DNA of 64,000 nucleotides from Elusimicrobia bacterium GWA2_66_18. GTDB lineage: Bacteria; Elusimicrobiota; Elusimicrobia; UBA1565; UBA9628. Within the stretch, counting starts at the first letter, position 1, and each line of letters starts with the position of its first letter. Below, in pieces: positions 48,127-58,009 of the stretch. Made by a program: the position numbers and the translations under genes. The stretch covers positions 1,602 to 65,601 of the forward strand of contig MGTX01000001.1 of assembly GCA_001799675.1 (NCBI GenBank), written 5' to 3'. The notes under the pieces are model-generated. The model was not told where the DNA came from and searched no databases. It saw only the letters and a list, made by a program, of their open reading frames with translations.

Positions 48127-48484
48127 GGGGGTGAATCAGCTTCGACAGATGTCGTTGAGCCGAAGGTCGCAGGCCTGGGTTGGTCAGGGCCCAGTCAAAA
48201 CCGGACCAAACAACAACTGCCAACACTCAGTTGGCTTGGGCCACTGCCTAACACGCAGTGAGCACACGCCGGTCCTCGACACCTGCTGGAGGGTCGCCGG
48301 CGTCAAGAGCAGGGTGCGGTCCTTCCCCGTGATCCCGTGGGCGGGGGGCCTAAGACCGAACGGGATTAGCCCGGGGAGCACGCGTCCGTCGGTTTTCCCC
48401 GGGCGAAATCAAGGACGGGCTAAGCCTGTAGTGACCCCGGTCGGCGCCGTTTGGACGCGGGTGCAAATCCCGCCACCTCCACCA
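48127..48484 (+). ncRNA. ssrA: tmRNA
   Basis: 5' GGGGGTGAATCAGCTTCGAC; 3' GACGCGGGTGCAAATCCCGCCACCTCCACCA with G.U acceptor pair; tag ORF ANTQLAWATA* at 48219-48251; tgt-TATACT upstream. Confidence 0.92.
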
Positions 48485-48489
48485 CTTTG

Positions 48490-49806
48490 ATGGGCGACTC
48501 GCGCGCGGTCACCCTGCTGGGTTCGTACGGGCTCTTCGCGGGGCTGGCATTACTAGTCGTCGCCCGCCCCGAGTATGGGCCCGCTGCTTTCCCGGCATTC
48601 GGGCTCACTCTCCTCTGGTCCGACTTCCGTCGGGACGCGGAGTCCCCGGTCGTCCTCGCCTTCCTCTCTACCCTGGTCGGCGGCGTGCTCGTCGCCCGCG
48701 CGGTCGAGCCGGTCGTCCACTTGGCGCTGGGCCTCGCAATCGCGGGTCTATGGACGCTGGCCGCTGGCTTGGCCGTCCATCGCAGCCGCCAGAACGCCGA
48801 CGAGCGCTCCCAACTCCTGGAGCAGATGTCCCTCCAGGACGCCATCCGCGACGACGACCGGGACCTGAGGTACTACCGCTCCTACGAGGAGACCGTGGGC
48901 TCGGAGACCCGCCTGCGCCGCGACATGGCGGACGCCGCCAAGAGCCTCTCGGGCACGCTCGACGCTGGGGAGGTCCAGACGCGGCTGATCTCGGTCCTGT
49001 CGGCGCGTTTTCCCGGCGCCCGCGTGGAGGTGACCGCCGGCGCGGCGCAAGACCCTCTCTTGTTGGCCGCCCAGCGCCGCCGCGGCCCAATCCTGATCAA
49101 GGACGCGCGCGCCGAGGCCCAGGTCGTTCCCGGGGCTCGTTTCGGCTCCGGCGTGGCCATCCCGATGAGGGTCATGCGTCACCCCGCGGGCTTCGTCAAG
49201 ATCGAGAGCGACAAGGCCGGCGCCTTCGGCCCCGACGACGTCAAGGCGGCCGACCTTTTCACGACCATGGCCGTGCTCAGCCTCGAGAACATCCAACTCT
49301 ACGAGAGCGTTCACCGCCAGGCGACGCACGACGCTCTGACCCAACTTTACAGCCACCGCGCCTTCCAGCAGCGCCTACAGGAGGAGATCCTGCGCTCGGG
49401 TCGCAGCCAGAGTCCCCTGTCTCTGATCATGTCCGACGTGGACCACTTTAAGATCTACAACGACCGCTACGGCCACCAGGCCGGGGACCTCCTGCTTAAA
49501 ACCCTAGCCGGGATCCTGGCCTCCTTCGCGCGCCCCGTGGATTTCGTGGCCCGCTACGGCGGCGAGGAGTTCGCTCTCATCCTGCCGAACTTCGTGCGCT
49601 CCGAGGCGGTCCAATTGGCGGAACGCCTGCGCGCGCGCGTGGCCGAGGAGCCTTTCGTCTTCCAGGGTCAGCCCACATGCGCGACCATGAGCTTCGGCGT
49701 GGCGTCCTTCCCGCAGGACGCCACGACGGCTTCTCAGATCGTGCGCTCCGCCGACGAGCGGCTCTATCGCGCCAAGGGCGGGGGGCGCAACCAGGTGGTC
49801 GGATGA
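48490..49806 (+). CDS. Membrane GAF-GGDEF diguanylate cyclase
   Basis: TMs, GAF-like region, DVDHFK..ND.YGH, RPVD I-site, RYGGEEF. Confidence 0.9.
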   Translation: MGDSRAVTLLGSYGLFAGLALLVVARPEYGPAAFPAFGLTLLWSDFRRDAESPVVLAFLSTLVGGVLVARAVEPVVHLALGLAIAGLWTLAAGLAVHRSRQNADERSQLLEQMSLQDAIRDDDRDLRYYRSYEETVGSETRLRRDMADAAKSLSGTLDAGEVQTRLISVLSARFPGARVEVTAGAAQDPLLLAAQRRRGPILIKDARAEAQVVPGARFGSGVAIPMRVMRHPAGFVKIESDKAGAFGPDDVKAADLFTTMAVLSLENIQLYESVHRQATHDALTQLYSHRAFQQRLQEEILRSGRSQSPLSLIMSDVDHFKIYNDRYGHQAGDLLLKTLAGILASFARPVDFVARYGGEEFALILPNFVRSEAVQLAERLRARVAEEPFVFQGQPTCATMSFGVASFPQDATTASQIVRSADERLYRAKGGGRNQVVG

Positions 49807-51104
49807 GGCCGGAGTTGTTCGAGGCGGGAGCGGCCCTAGTCCCGGGGGTTGCACTCTGGCTGTCCTATCCGCGGCGGTCCTGGGCCGCGGCGGTCTGCCT
49901 CGGCGCGTCACTGGCCGTGGGCGGGGCCTTCCTCGCCGCGTGTCCTTCGTCTTCCCGGTCGGGCGCGGCCATGGCCGCGGGCGCGGCCGTCCTCGGCACG
50001 ATCCTAGCCTGGCGGCTCTGCCGTCGACGAGAGGCCGACTACGCGGCCGGGGCGGCGCGCCTCGAGGAGGTCCGCGTTCAGCGCGCCCGCTTCGGCTCGG
50101 AGTTGGCTCGCCTCAAGGAGAGAGGCCAGAGCGCCGAGCGCGAGCACCGCGAGACCATGGCCGTTTATGGCATGGTCAAGAGTCTGGCCGAGGCTCTGTC
50201 CTGGGAAGATGTCCGACCCCGCATCGAGGCCGCCATCGAACAGTACTTCGGAGCGGGCTCCGAGTACGCCGTCTATGTGTCAGGCCTGCGCGACGAGGGC
50301 GAGGTTCGCCCCCTGTGCCTGCGGGGATTGAAGTCCTCTCCGGGCTCGTCCTGGGCCACGCTGGGCCGCCTCCTCCAGGAACAGGGCGCGGCCCCCGCCG
50401 CGCCCAAGGTCTTCGAGCGGCCGGAGCGCGCCGTGGGGATGCCCATCCGCGAGGGCCAGGAACTGCTGGGCTACCTCTACGCGCGCGTGCCGGAGGCGGC
50501 CGCCTCGCAGGCGTGGCTGGTCAAGACCCAGGCCTTCGCCTCGGAGCTCATCGTGGCCTTCAAGCGCGTCAAGCTCTTCCAAGAGATGGAGCGCCTCTCC
50601 GAGTTGGACGGGCTGACGGGCGTGCGCCGCCGCGGCGCCTTCGACCGTCGCATCGCCGATGAGACCGTGCGCGCGAAGACCTTCAAGACCACTTTCGGGC
50701 TGATGCTCCTTGACATCGACCATTTCAAGAGCTTGAATGACCGCTACGGTCATCCGTTCGGCGACCAGGTCCTCAAGCGCATCGGCGCGGTGCTGGGCGC
50801 CACGGTCTACGACACCGACTTCGTGGCGCGCTACGGCGGCGAGGAGTTCGTGGTCCTCCTGCCGCGAGCCGAGTCCGAGGGAGCCCGGCGCAAGGCCGAG
50901 GCGATTCGGGACGCGATCGAGGCGGAGGTCTTCTCGATCGGCTTCGAGACCGTGCGCGTGACGGTCTCGATCGGTCTGGCGCACTTTCCGCGCGACGCGG
51001 CCACGCCGGAGGAACTGGTGGCGCAGGCCGACGGGGCCATGTACGCGGCGAAGTCCGGCGGACGCAATCGTGTCGTCGACTGCGAAGCCCTGCGCCGCCG
51101 TTAG
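49803..51104 (+). CDS. Membrane GGDEF diguanylate cyclase
   Basis: TMs, DIDHFK..NDRYGH, RYGGEEF; no RxxD. Confidence 0.9.
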   Translation: MRPELFEAGAALVPGVALWLSYPRRSWAAAVCLGASLAVGGAFLAACPSSSRSGAAMAAGAAVLGTILAWRLCRRREADYAAGAARLEEVRVQRARFGSELARLKERGQSAEREHRETMAVYGMVKSLAEALSWEDVRPRIEAAIEQYFGAGSEYAVYVSGLRDEGEVRPLCLRGLKSSPGSSWATLGRLLQEQGAAPAAPKVFERPERAVGMPIREGQELLGYLYARVPEAAASQAWLVKTQAFASELIVAFKRVKLFQEMERLSELDGLTGVRRRGAFDRRIADETVRAKTFKTTFGLMLLDIDHFKSLNDRYGHPFGDQVLKRIGAVLGATVYDTDFVARYGGEEFVVLLPRAESEGARRKAEAIRDAIEAEVFSIGFETVRVTVSIGLAHFPRDAATPEELVAQADGAMYAAKSGGRNRVVDCEALRRR

Positions 51105-51125
51105 CCGCATCCAAGGAGGATATCA

Positions 51126-52157
51126 ATGGACGAGACGAGCCAGAACCCCGCTCCCCCGCCCGAGGCGCACGCCGCCGGTCCTCGGAGGGTCAAGCGCCGT
51201 CTGATCACAGCGCTCCTGGCCCTGCACGCCGCCGCTCTACTGGCGGCCGGAGCCCTGGTCATGCGGGCCAAGTCGGAGTCCCCGAGGCTGGACGGCGAGA
51301 AAACCAAGGCCCTCCTGAACCTCACACCCTATGACACCGTGGGGTGGGTCGCCATCCGCGGCCCCATCATGGCCTCCGACTCGAGCAAGCCGTGGGGTCA
51401 CGGCGCGGAGCAGTGGTCTCGGCGCATCGAACAACTCGCCGAGACGAAGGGCGTCAAGGCCATCGTCTTGGACATCAACTCCCCGGGCGGCTCCGTCGGC
51501 GCGGTCCAGGAGATATATTCCCGCATCCTGCGAGTCAAGAAGGAGAAGAAGATCCCCTTCATCGCCCTCTTCGGCGACGTGGCGGCCTCGGGGGGGTACT
51601 ACATCGCCTCGGCCTGCGACAAGATCGTGGCCCATCCCGGAACGATTACGGGCTCCATCGGAGTCATCTTCTCGGTCTCCAACATGGAGGGGATATTCGC
51701 GAAGATAGGTTACAAGATGGACCCCATCAAATCCGGCAAGCACAAGGACATCGGCTCGCCCGCGCGAGCGATGACCATCGAGGAGCGCAAGATCCTCCAG
51801 GACCTCATCGACGACGCCTACGGCCAGTTCGTCCAGGCGGTCGCCGACGGCCGCAAGATGACAGTGGAGGAGGTCAAGCCTCTGGCCGACGGCCGCATCT
51901 ACTCCGGCAAGCAGGCGCTGGCCAACAGGCTTGTCGACCAAATCGGAGACTCCAAGGACGCTCTCATGCTCGCGGCCAAGCTGGGCGGCATCAAGGATGC
52001 GAAGCCGCGCGTGCGACGCGACGGCGAGAAATTCAGCGACCTCCTGGAGCTCCTCGAGTCCCGCGCGCGCCTCGTCCTGGGCGTGGGGCCTGTCAGCTTC
52101 CCCCTGTCCGGCGCCCTATCCGCGCACGGCATGATGTACCTCTGGTCGGGGTGGTGA
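51126..52157 (+). CDS. sppA: Signal peptide peptidase SppA (S49)
   Basis: INSPGG, AASGGYY, TGSIGV, SGKHKD, DGRIYSG. Confidence 0.92.
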   Translation: MDETSQNPAPPPEAHAAGPRRVKRRLITALLALHAAALLAAGALVMRAKSESPRLDGEKTKALLNLTPYDTVGWVAIRGPIMASDSSKPWGHGAEQWSRRIEQLAETKGVKAIVLDINSPGGSVGAVQEIYSRILRVKKEKKIPFIALFGDVAASGGYYIASACDKIVAHPGTITGSIGVIFSVSNMEGIFAKIGYKMDPIKSGKHKDIGSPARAMTIEERKILQDLIDDAYGQFVQAVADGRKMTVEEVKPLADGRIYSGKQALANRLVDQIGDSKDALMLAAKLGGIKDAKPRVRRDGEKFSDLLELLESRARLVLGVGPVSFPLSGALSAHGMMYLWSGW

Positions 52158-52158
52158 G

Positions 52159-52731
52159 ATGGACGTCCTGGAACTCCTCTATGATTATTTCGAGGACCGC
52201 GCCCGCGCGACGGCCCTCATACGCCGGCACCGGCCCTTCGTCCTGGGCCTGCTGGGCGCGCTGGCCGGAGGCTCCAGCCTCTTCTTCGCCGAGGCCCTGT
52301 CGGGGAAACTGACGCTGCTCTCCTTCTCCTGGCCTTCGTTCCTGCTGGCGCTGATGTGGCAGCTCACGATGCTTTTCTTCACGACCGCGCTCCTGCACCT
52401 CATCTTGGACCTGACCGGCGCGCGCGGCGGCGCGAGCGCGCTTTTCGTTCACTTGGGGCTTTCCGAACTGGCATGGCTGGCCGCCGTGCCCGCCGTCCTC
52501 ATCGCCCAGATCCTGGCCCCGCGTTCGCCCTGGCCCGTGCGCCTGACCTTCCTGGGCATCGGCCTGTGGTCCTGGGCCCTCAAGGCGCGGGCGATGCGCG
52601 ATGAGTACGCCGTCGGCGAGGCCCGGGCCTGGGTCACGTTGGGACTGCCCTACCTCGCGCTGGCGGCGCTGGCCGCCGTCACGACGACCCTGGCGCTGGC
52701 GGCCCTCCTGGTCAGGGCCTACTCCTCGTGA
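52159..52731 (+). CDS. Integral membrane protein (Yip1-like, about 5 TM)
   Basis: Hydrophobicity pattern only. Confidence 0.65.
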   Translation: MDVLELLYDYFEDRARATALIRRHRPFVLGLLGALAGGSSLFFAEALSGKLTLLSFSWPSFLLALMWQLTMLFFTTALLHLILDLTGARGGASALFVHLGLSELAWLAAVPAVLIAQILAPRSPWPVRLTFLGIGLWSWALKARAMRDEYAVGEARAWVTLGLPYLALAALAAVTTTLALAALLVRAYSS

Positions 52732-53456
52732 GTCCCAAGGAGCCGATTCCCGAGCGCTGGGAAGGCCTGCCCGTCGTGAACTCCGCGCGCATGCGCGCGC
52801 TCGATTTCGACGCGACCGCGCGCTTCTCCATCCCGGCCGCCGACCTCATGGAGAACGCCGGGCGCGCCGTGGCCAGGGAGACCCTCGCCTTCTTCAAGGA
52901 GCGCGGCGTCGAGCCGGCCCAGGCCAAGATCGTCATCTGCTGCGGGCGCGGGGCCAACGGCGGAGACGGTCTGGTCGCCGCGCGGTTCCTGCGCGAGGCG
53001 GGTGCGGGCGTGCTCGTCTTTCTTTGCCCGAGCAAGAAGGACGCGGGCTACCCCGAGCTCGTGCGCCTGAACCTCCAGAAGGCGTCCGCGGCGGGCGTCG
53101 AGCGGCGCGAGACCGGGCCCGAGTCGGGCCTGGCCGCGGCCCTGGCGTCTTGCGACGCGGTCCTCGACGCGCTCCTGGGCACCGGGTCCAGCGGCAAGCC
53201 CGCCGGCGCCATCCACCATATGATCCAAGAGATCAACCGCTCCAAGAAGCCCGTCGTGGCCGTGGACCTGCCCACGGGCCTTCATCCCGACACCGGCTAC
53301 CATAGCGGAGCCTATCTCACCGCCGACCTGACGCTGGCCCTGGGCCTGCCGAAGAAGGGGCTCTTGGCCCCGCACGCCAAGCGCTTCGTGGGGACGCTCA
53401 AGGTCCTCGACATCGGCTACCCGCCCGAACTCATCGAGGAGATCGCTCCCAAGTGA
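52728..53456 (+). CDS. nnrE: NAD(P)H-hydrate epimerase (stand-alone YjeF_N)
   Basis: LMENAG, CGRGANGGDG, DALLGTG, VDLPTG. Confidence 0.9.
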   Translation: MSPKEPIPERWEGLPVVNSARMRALDFDATARFSIPAADLMENAGRAVARETLAFFKERGVEPAQAKIVICCGRGANGGDGLVAARFLREAGAGVLVFLCPSKKDAGYPELVRLNLQKASAAGVERRETGPESGLAAALASCDAVLDALLGTGSSGKPAGAIHHMIQEINRSKKPVVAVDLPTGLHPDTGYHSGAYLTADLTLALGLPKKGLLAPHAKRFVGTLKVLDIGYPPELIEEIAPK

Positions 53457-54022
53457 GGCGCGCCGCCCTCGCCGCCCTCGCCCTGTTTGCGGCCTGCGGC
53501 CGCCCGAAGGGACCGTACGCCGTTTTCGAGACCTCCAAGGGACGCATCGTCGCGCGGCTTTATGCGTCCCGGGCGCCGAAGACGGTGGAGCACATGAGGG
53601 CGCTTGCCGAGGGGACCAAGCCCTGGAAGGATCCGAAGACGGGCCAAGCCGTCCTGCGCCCCCTCTACGACGGCACCGTCTTCCACCGCGTCGTGCCCGG
53701 CTTCATGATCCAAGGCGGCGACCCCGCCGGCACCGGCGAGGGCGACCCGGCCGCGCCGGCGCCCGACGAACCGAAGGGTTCCAAGTTCGACCGCGCGGGT
53801 CTGCTCGCCATGGCCAGTTGGGGGGCCGGGACCTCCCAGACGCAGTTCTTCATCACCTTGGGGCCGGCTCCCGATCTGGACGGCAAGTACACGCTCTTTG
53901 GCGAGGTGGTGGAGGGTCTGGATGTTGTTAAGTCCATCGCCGCCGTCCCGCGCGACACTGAGACCGGCAATGACCGTCCTTTCGACCCGCCGGTCCTCAA
54001 GCGCCTGCGGGTCGTCCCGTAG
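53453..54022 (+). CDS. Cyclophilin-type PPIase lipoprotein
   Basis: FAA-C lipobox; FHRVVPGFMIQGGDP, QFFIT, LDGKYTLFG. Confidence 0.92.
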   Translation: MRRAALAALALFAACGRPKGPYAVFETSKGRIVARLYASRAPKTVEHMRALAEGTKPWKDPKTGQAVLRPLYDGTVFHRVVPGFMIQGGDPAGTGEGDPAAPAPDEPKGSKFDRAGLLAMASWGAGTSQTQFFITLGPAPDLDGKYTLFGEVVEGLDVVKSIAAVPRDTETGNDRPFDPPVLKRLRVVP

Positions 54023-54043
54023 CATTCGATAGGAGGTCGTTTT

Positions 54044-54457
54044 ATGTCGATGCAGAAGCTGTCATGGGACCAAAGCTACAGCGTGGGGGTCGCGGAACTC
54101 GACTCGCATCATCAAGAACTCTTCAAGCTCCTGAATCATTTTCTCGATCTGGCCGGCAAGGACTACAAGTCCGAGGTCGTGACCGAAGCTCTCACCAAGA
54201 TGACTCAGTACGCTTGCCTTCATCTCGACCGGGAGGAGGAACTCCTGCGCGAGCATGGCTACCCGAATTTCGCCGGACACAAGGAACAGCATGCGCGGTA
54301 CAAGGCGAAGACGGTGGAGCTCTGCATGGGATTGATGGCGGGGAAGTCCGATACCCCCGCCGAGATCGGCTCGTTTCTGCGAGACTGGTGGAACGGCCAT
54401 GTGCTCAAGAACGACATGGAGTATAAGTCATTCCTCAACGAGAAAGGAGTGAGGTGA
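54044..54457 (+). CDS. Bacteriohemerythrin
   Basis: W...YSVGV..LDSHHQ, HLDREE, HKEQH, HVLKND iron ligands; AGGAGG RBS. Confidence 0.9.
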   Translation: MSMQKLSWDQSYSVGVAELDSHHQELFKLLNHFLDLAGKDYKSEVVTEALTKMTQYACLHLDREEELLREHGYPNFAGHKEQHARYKAKTVELCMGLMAGKSDTPAEIGSFLRDWWNGHVLKNDMEYKSFLNEKGVR

Positions 54458-54463
54458 CGCGAC

Positions 54464-55201
54464 TTACGCGCGGCCCGTCGCAGATCTGACCTTCGCCGCG
54501 ATCTCGGCCAGACGCCCCTTGACGCCCGGAGCGCGCTTCTCCAGCAACGGCATGACCTCGCGGCGCACCCAGTTTCGCGCGAACCGGGGCTCGCGGTTGC
54601 TGAGGTCTTCGCGCGACTTAAGCCCATGGACCGAGAGGTAGGTCCGGACCTCCGCGCGCGTCAGAGGCAGGAGAGGCCGGATGAGTTCCACCCCGGGTCT
54701 TAGGGCGCGCCGCGGCGCGATCCCTCCGAGGCCTTCGAGGCTGGTGCCGCGCAGGAGATGGAGGATGACAGTCTCGGCTTGGTCATCGAGTTGATGGCCC
54801 GTGGCGACCGCCGAAAAGCGCCCGCGGCGCGCGCGCAAAGAGAGCAGGCGATATCGTTCCTTGCGGCCCGCTTCCTCGAGCCCGAGTCCCCTCGCCTTCG
54901 CCCGGGCCTTCACATCCGCATGGACCACCGAGACCGGCAGACCCAGCCGCGCGCCCAGTCCCACCACGCAGGCCGCGTCGCGGTCGGCGGCGCGCCCGCG
55001 CAGGCCGTGATGGACGTGGAGCAGGCGGACCGTCAGGCTCTTCTTGCGGGCCTGGACCGAGAGCCAGTGCGCCAGGCACACCGAGTCCGGGCCGCCGGAG
55101 ACCGCGGCCAGGACGCGTCCCCCCGGGGAGAGCAGGGCGTGGGTCTTCTCGAATGAAACCAGCTTCGACCAGATCCGGGCGGCGAATTCCTTGCGCCTCA
55201 T
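54464..55201 (-). CDS. tilS: tRNA(Ile)-lysidine synthetase (short form)
   Basis: AVSGGPDS, HVHHGLR, TGHQLDDQAET, RPLL, EDLSN, RNWVR. Confidence 0.9.
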   Translation of the reverse strand: MRRKEFAARIWSKLVSFEKTHALLSPGGRVLAAVSGGPDSVCLAHWLSVQARKKSLTVRLLHVHHGLRGRAADRDAACVVGLGARLGLPVSVVHADVKARAKARGLGLEEAGRKERYRLLSLRARRGRFSAVATGHQLDDQAETVILHLLRGTSLEGLGGIAPRRALRPGVELIRPLLPLTRAEVRTYLSVHGLKSREDLSNREPRFARNWVRREVMPLLEKRAPGVKGRLAEIAAKVRSATGRA

Positions 55202-55287
55202 CTTGGGTAATGTGCCTCTTAACGTTGGGAGGAAACAAGGGGGGCGACGCGCCCGCGTGCGGGCGCGAACTTGCTACACTCGCCCAC

Positions 55288-56217
55288 ATGACGCTCAGTC
55301 TCGTGGCGCTGGCCGTGCTGACGGCCGCCCCCGCGCCCGCCGCGGCGGATTCGCGCAGCGAGGAGGCCGTGCGCGAGTCGGTGCTGCGCCTGGCCGCCGG
55401 CGACGTGCCGGGATCGCTCACGCAGGCCCAGGCCGCGGTCGCGGCCGACCCGCGCAGCACGAAAGCGCTCCAGCAACTCGCCCGCGCGGCGGGAGCGGCG
55501 CTCGATTTCCCGGCGGCGGAGCAGGCCGCCGCCCGCGCCATGGAGATCGACGGCCCTACCCCGGCGCTCCTTTGCCTGCGCTCCGAGGCGAGGGCCGGCA
55601 ACGGCGATTACGCGGGAGCCCTAGCGGACGCGGAGCAGGCCGCCTCGATCAATCCGGCCAGCGCGAAGTCGGTCATGCGCCGCGCGGCGGCCAAGGAAGG
55701 CCTGGGCCGTCCTGCCGAGGAGTCCTTGGCCGACTACCGGCGGGCGGCCGAGTTGGACCCCGCCTACGCGCCGATGCGCGACGAGGCCCTCTTGCGTCTG
55801 GCGCCCGCGAGGCGTCCGCGCGGCGGGCTGGCCGGGCTGGCCCTCCTGGCGGTTTCAGGCGCGGCGGGCTGGGCCTGGGCGCGCCTGCGGCGCGCTCCCG
55901 AGCCCGAAGCGTGCGTCCCGGCGGCACGGCTGGTCTTGCCGGGGACGGGACGCTTGGAGCCGCGGCAGGCGCTGCGCGCCCTCGCGTCGGCGGCCGCGCA
56001 GGCCGAGGGGCCCGAGGATTCCTTCGTGCTGGCCCAGGACCTCTACGAGCGCCTGACCGGGCGCCGGCCTGCGCCGGGCGGCGGCGCGGCGGAACTTCCG
56101 ACGGCCATGGACGCTTTCTTCGAGAGGGCCCTCAACTGCGATCCGCAGCGGCGCTTCCGCAGCGGCGTCGAGCTTCTCGGCGCTTTCCGCAGCATTGTCG
56201 AACCGCCGATCGACTGA
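55288..56217 (+). CDS. TPR-TM protein with remnant kinase C-lobe (pseudokinase)
   Basis: Signal peptide, TPRs, TM, then LYERLTGRRP and LPTAMDAFFERALNCDPQRRF; no Gly loop, HRD or DFG. Confidence 0.75.
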   Translation: MTLSLVALAVLTAAPAPAAADSRSEEAVRESVLRLAAGDVPGSLTQAQAAVAADPRSTKALQQLARAAGAALDFPAAEQAAARAMEIDGPTPALLCLRSEARAGNGDYAGALADAEQAASINPASAKSVMRRAAAKEGLGRPAEESLADYRRAAELDPAYAPMRDEALLRLAPARRPRGGLAGLALLAVSGAAGWAWARLRRAPEPEACVPAARLVLPGTGRLEPRQALRALASAAAQAEGPEDSFVLAQDLYERLTGRRPAPGGGAAELPTAMDAFFERALNCDPQRRFRSGVELLGAFRSIVEPPID

Positions 56218-56307
56218 TTTTTGATACGATTCGAATCCAGCGTCCTTCCGTAACGATTCTTGACGCCCGCCGACGGGAATTGATAATCTCGACCGACAGG
56301 AGACTCT

Positions 56308-56685
56308 ATGGCAAAGAAAGTCCTCGTGATCGATGACGAGCCGGAAATGATCAACCTCGTCAAGTACACCTTGGCCGAGGCGGGCTTCGAGGTCCATTCC
56401 TGCGACAGCGGGCGCGAGGCCTGGGATGATATCATCAAGATCAAGCCCGACGTCCTAATACTCGACGTCATGCTTCCCGGCATCGACGGCTATTCGCTCC
56501 AGCTCAAGATCGCCGGGGACCCCGCGACCAAGACCATGCCCATCGTGGTCCTGACCGCGCTCGAGCCCGCCCGGACGCTCTTCCAGAAGTTTCCTCAGGT
56601 GGTCGGCTTCATTACGAAACCCTTCAAGCCCGAGGATCTGCTGCAAGCCGTCCAAAGCGCGGCCGAGCGCAGCGGCGGCTCTTAA
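56308..56685 (+). CDS. Single-domain response regulator (receiver)
   Basis: VLVIDDE, ILDVMLPGIDG, VLTA, KPF. Confidence 0.92.
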   Translation: MAKKVLVIDDEPEMINLVKYTLAEAGFEVHSCDSGREAWDDIIKIKPDVLILDVMLPGIDGYSLQLKIAGDPATKTMPIVVLTALEPARTLFQKFPQVVGFITKPFKPEDLLQAVQSAAERSGGS

Positions 56686-56707
56686 GCCGTCCGCGGGCCC
56701 TCGCTCC

Positions 56708-58009
56708 ATGTCCGATCAACCCTCCTACGACGCGATCGTAGTCGGGGCCGGCCCGGCCGGCCTGTCCGCCGCGATCGTGATGGCCCGCGCGGGCCTGAAA
56801 GTCGTCGTCCTCGAGCGGGGAGAGTATCCCGGCGCCAAGAACGTCCAGGGCGCGGTGCTGTACTCGAAGATGCTGCACGAGATCGTGCCCGAGTTCTGGA
56901 AGGGGGCCGATGCGCCCGTCGAGCGCCCGATCCTGGAGCAGAAGACCTGCATCATGACCGAGGACTCCTGCCTCACGGTCGGCTATAAATCCCAGAAATT
57001 CCTGGAAGGCATTCCGAACTGCTACACGATTATCCGCGTCCATTTCGACCAGTGGTACGCCAAGAAGGCCGAGGAGGCCGGCGCCGAGATATTCTGCGGC
57101 GTGATGGTCAGCGACGTGGTCAAGCAGGACGGACGGATCGCCGGCATCAAGACCTCCGACGGCGACGAACTGACCGCCCGCGTGGTCATCGCGTGCGACG
57201 GCGTCAACTCCATTATCGCGCAGAAGGCCGGCTTCCGCGCCGAGTTGAAGTCCTCCGAGGTCGCGCTCGGCGCCAAGGAGGTCATCGCTTTGGCCCCCGG
57301 CGTCATCGAGGACCGCTTCCAGCTCAATCCCGGCGAGGGGGCCACGATGGAGATGTTCGGCTCGATCTCGCTCGGAATGCTCGGCTACGCGTTCCTCTAC
57401 ACGAACCGGGAGTCGCTGTCGCTCGGCGTCGGCTGCAAGCTTTCCGACTACCAGAAGAAGGGACTGCGTCCCTGCGACCATCTCGAACACGTCAAGCAGC
57501 ATCCGCTGGTCAAGAAGCTGATCTCCGGCGGCAAGCTGCTCGAGTACTCCGCGCATCTGATCCCCGAAGGCGGTTACAAGTCCATGCCTCCCTTGGCGGC
57601 CGACGGCTTCCTGGTCGCGGGCGACGCGGCGCAGATGACCAACCCCGCCTACCGCGAGGGCTCGAACCTCGCGATGACCGCGGGCAGGCTCGCCGGCGAG
57701 ACCGTCATCGAGGCCAAGAAGAAGGGCGACTTTACGCAGGCGGCGCTCTCGGCGTACAAGAACAAGCTCGAGGCGTCCTACGTGCTCCGCGACATGGAGG
57801 ACATCATGGACCTCGAGGAGCACGTGGAAAACTCCCCGGGCTTCCTCGAGTTCTATCCGAAGCTGGCCTGCGAGCTGGCGCACCTGCGCTTCTCGGCCGA
57901 CGGCGCGCCCAAACGCGACCATTGGAAGAAGGCGATCGGCATGATCGGCCGGCGCGGTTTCCTGCGCGTCGCCAAGGACCTGTTTCCCTTGAGAAAGGTG
58001 GCCATCTAA
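56708..58009 (+). CDS. fixC: FixC-like ETF-quinone oxidoreductase flavoprotein
   Basis: VGAGPAG, ERGEYPGAKN, FLYTN, EYSAHLIPEGG, GDAA, EGSNLAM. Confidence 0.88.
   Translation: MSDQPSYDAIVVGAGPAGLSAAIVMARAGLKVVVLERGEYPGAKNVQGAVLYSKMLHEIVPEFWKGADAPVERPILEQKTCIMTEDSCLTVGYKSQKFLEGIPNCYTIIRVHFDQWYAKKAEEAGAEIFCGVMVSDVVKQDGRIAGIKTSDGDELTARVVIACDGVNSIIAQKAGFRAELKSSEVALGAKEVIALAPGVIEDRFQLNPGEGATMEMFGSISLGMLGYAFLYTNRESLSLGVGCKLSDYQKKGLRPCDHLEHVKQHPLVKKLISGGKLLEYSAHLIPEGGYKSMPPLAADGFLVAGDAAQMTNPAYREGSNLAMTAGRLAGETVIEAKKKGDFTQAALSAYKNKLEASYVLRDMEDIMDLEEHVENSPGFLEFYPKLACELAHLRFSADGAPKRDHWKKAIGMIGRRGFLRVAKDLFPLRKVAI

Noticed and set aside
48089..48490. 133-aa ORF on + strand
   Set aside because: Overlaps the tmRNA gene; not a protein
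54464..55201. Short tilS and stand-alone nnrE as pseudogenes
   Set aside because: Catalytic motifs are intact and short or split forms are known in many bacteria
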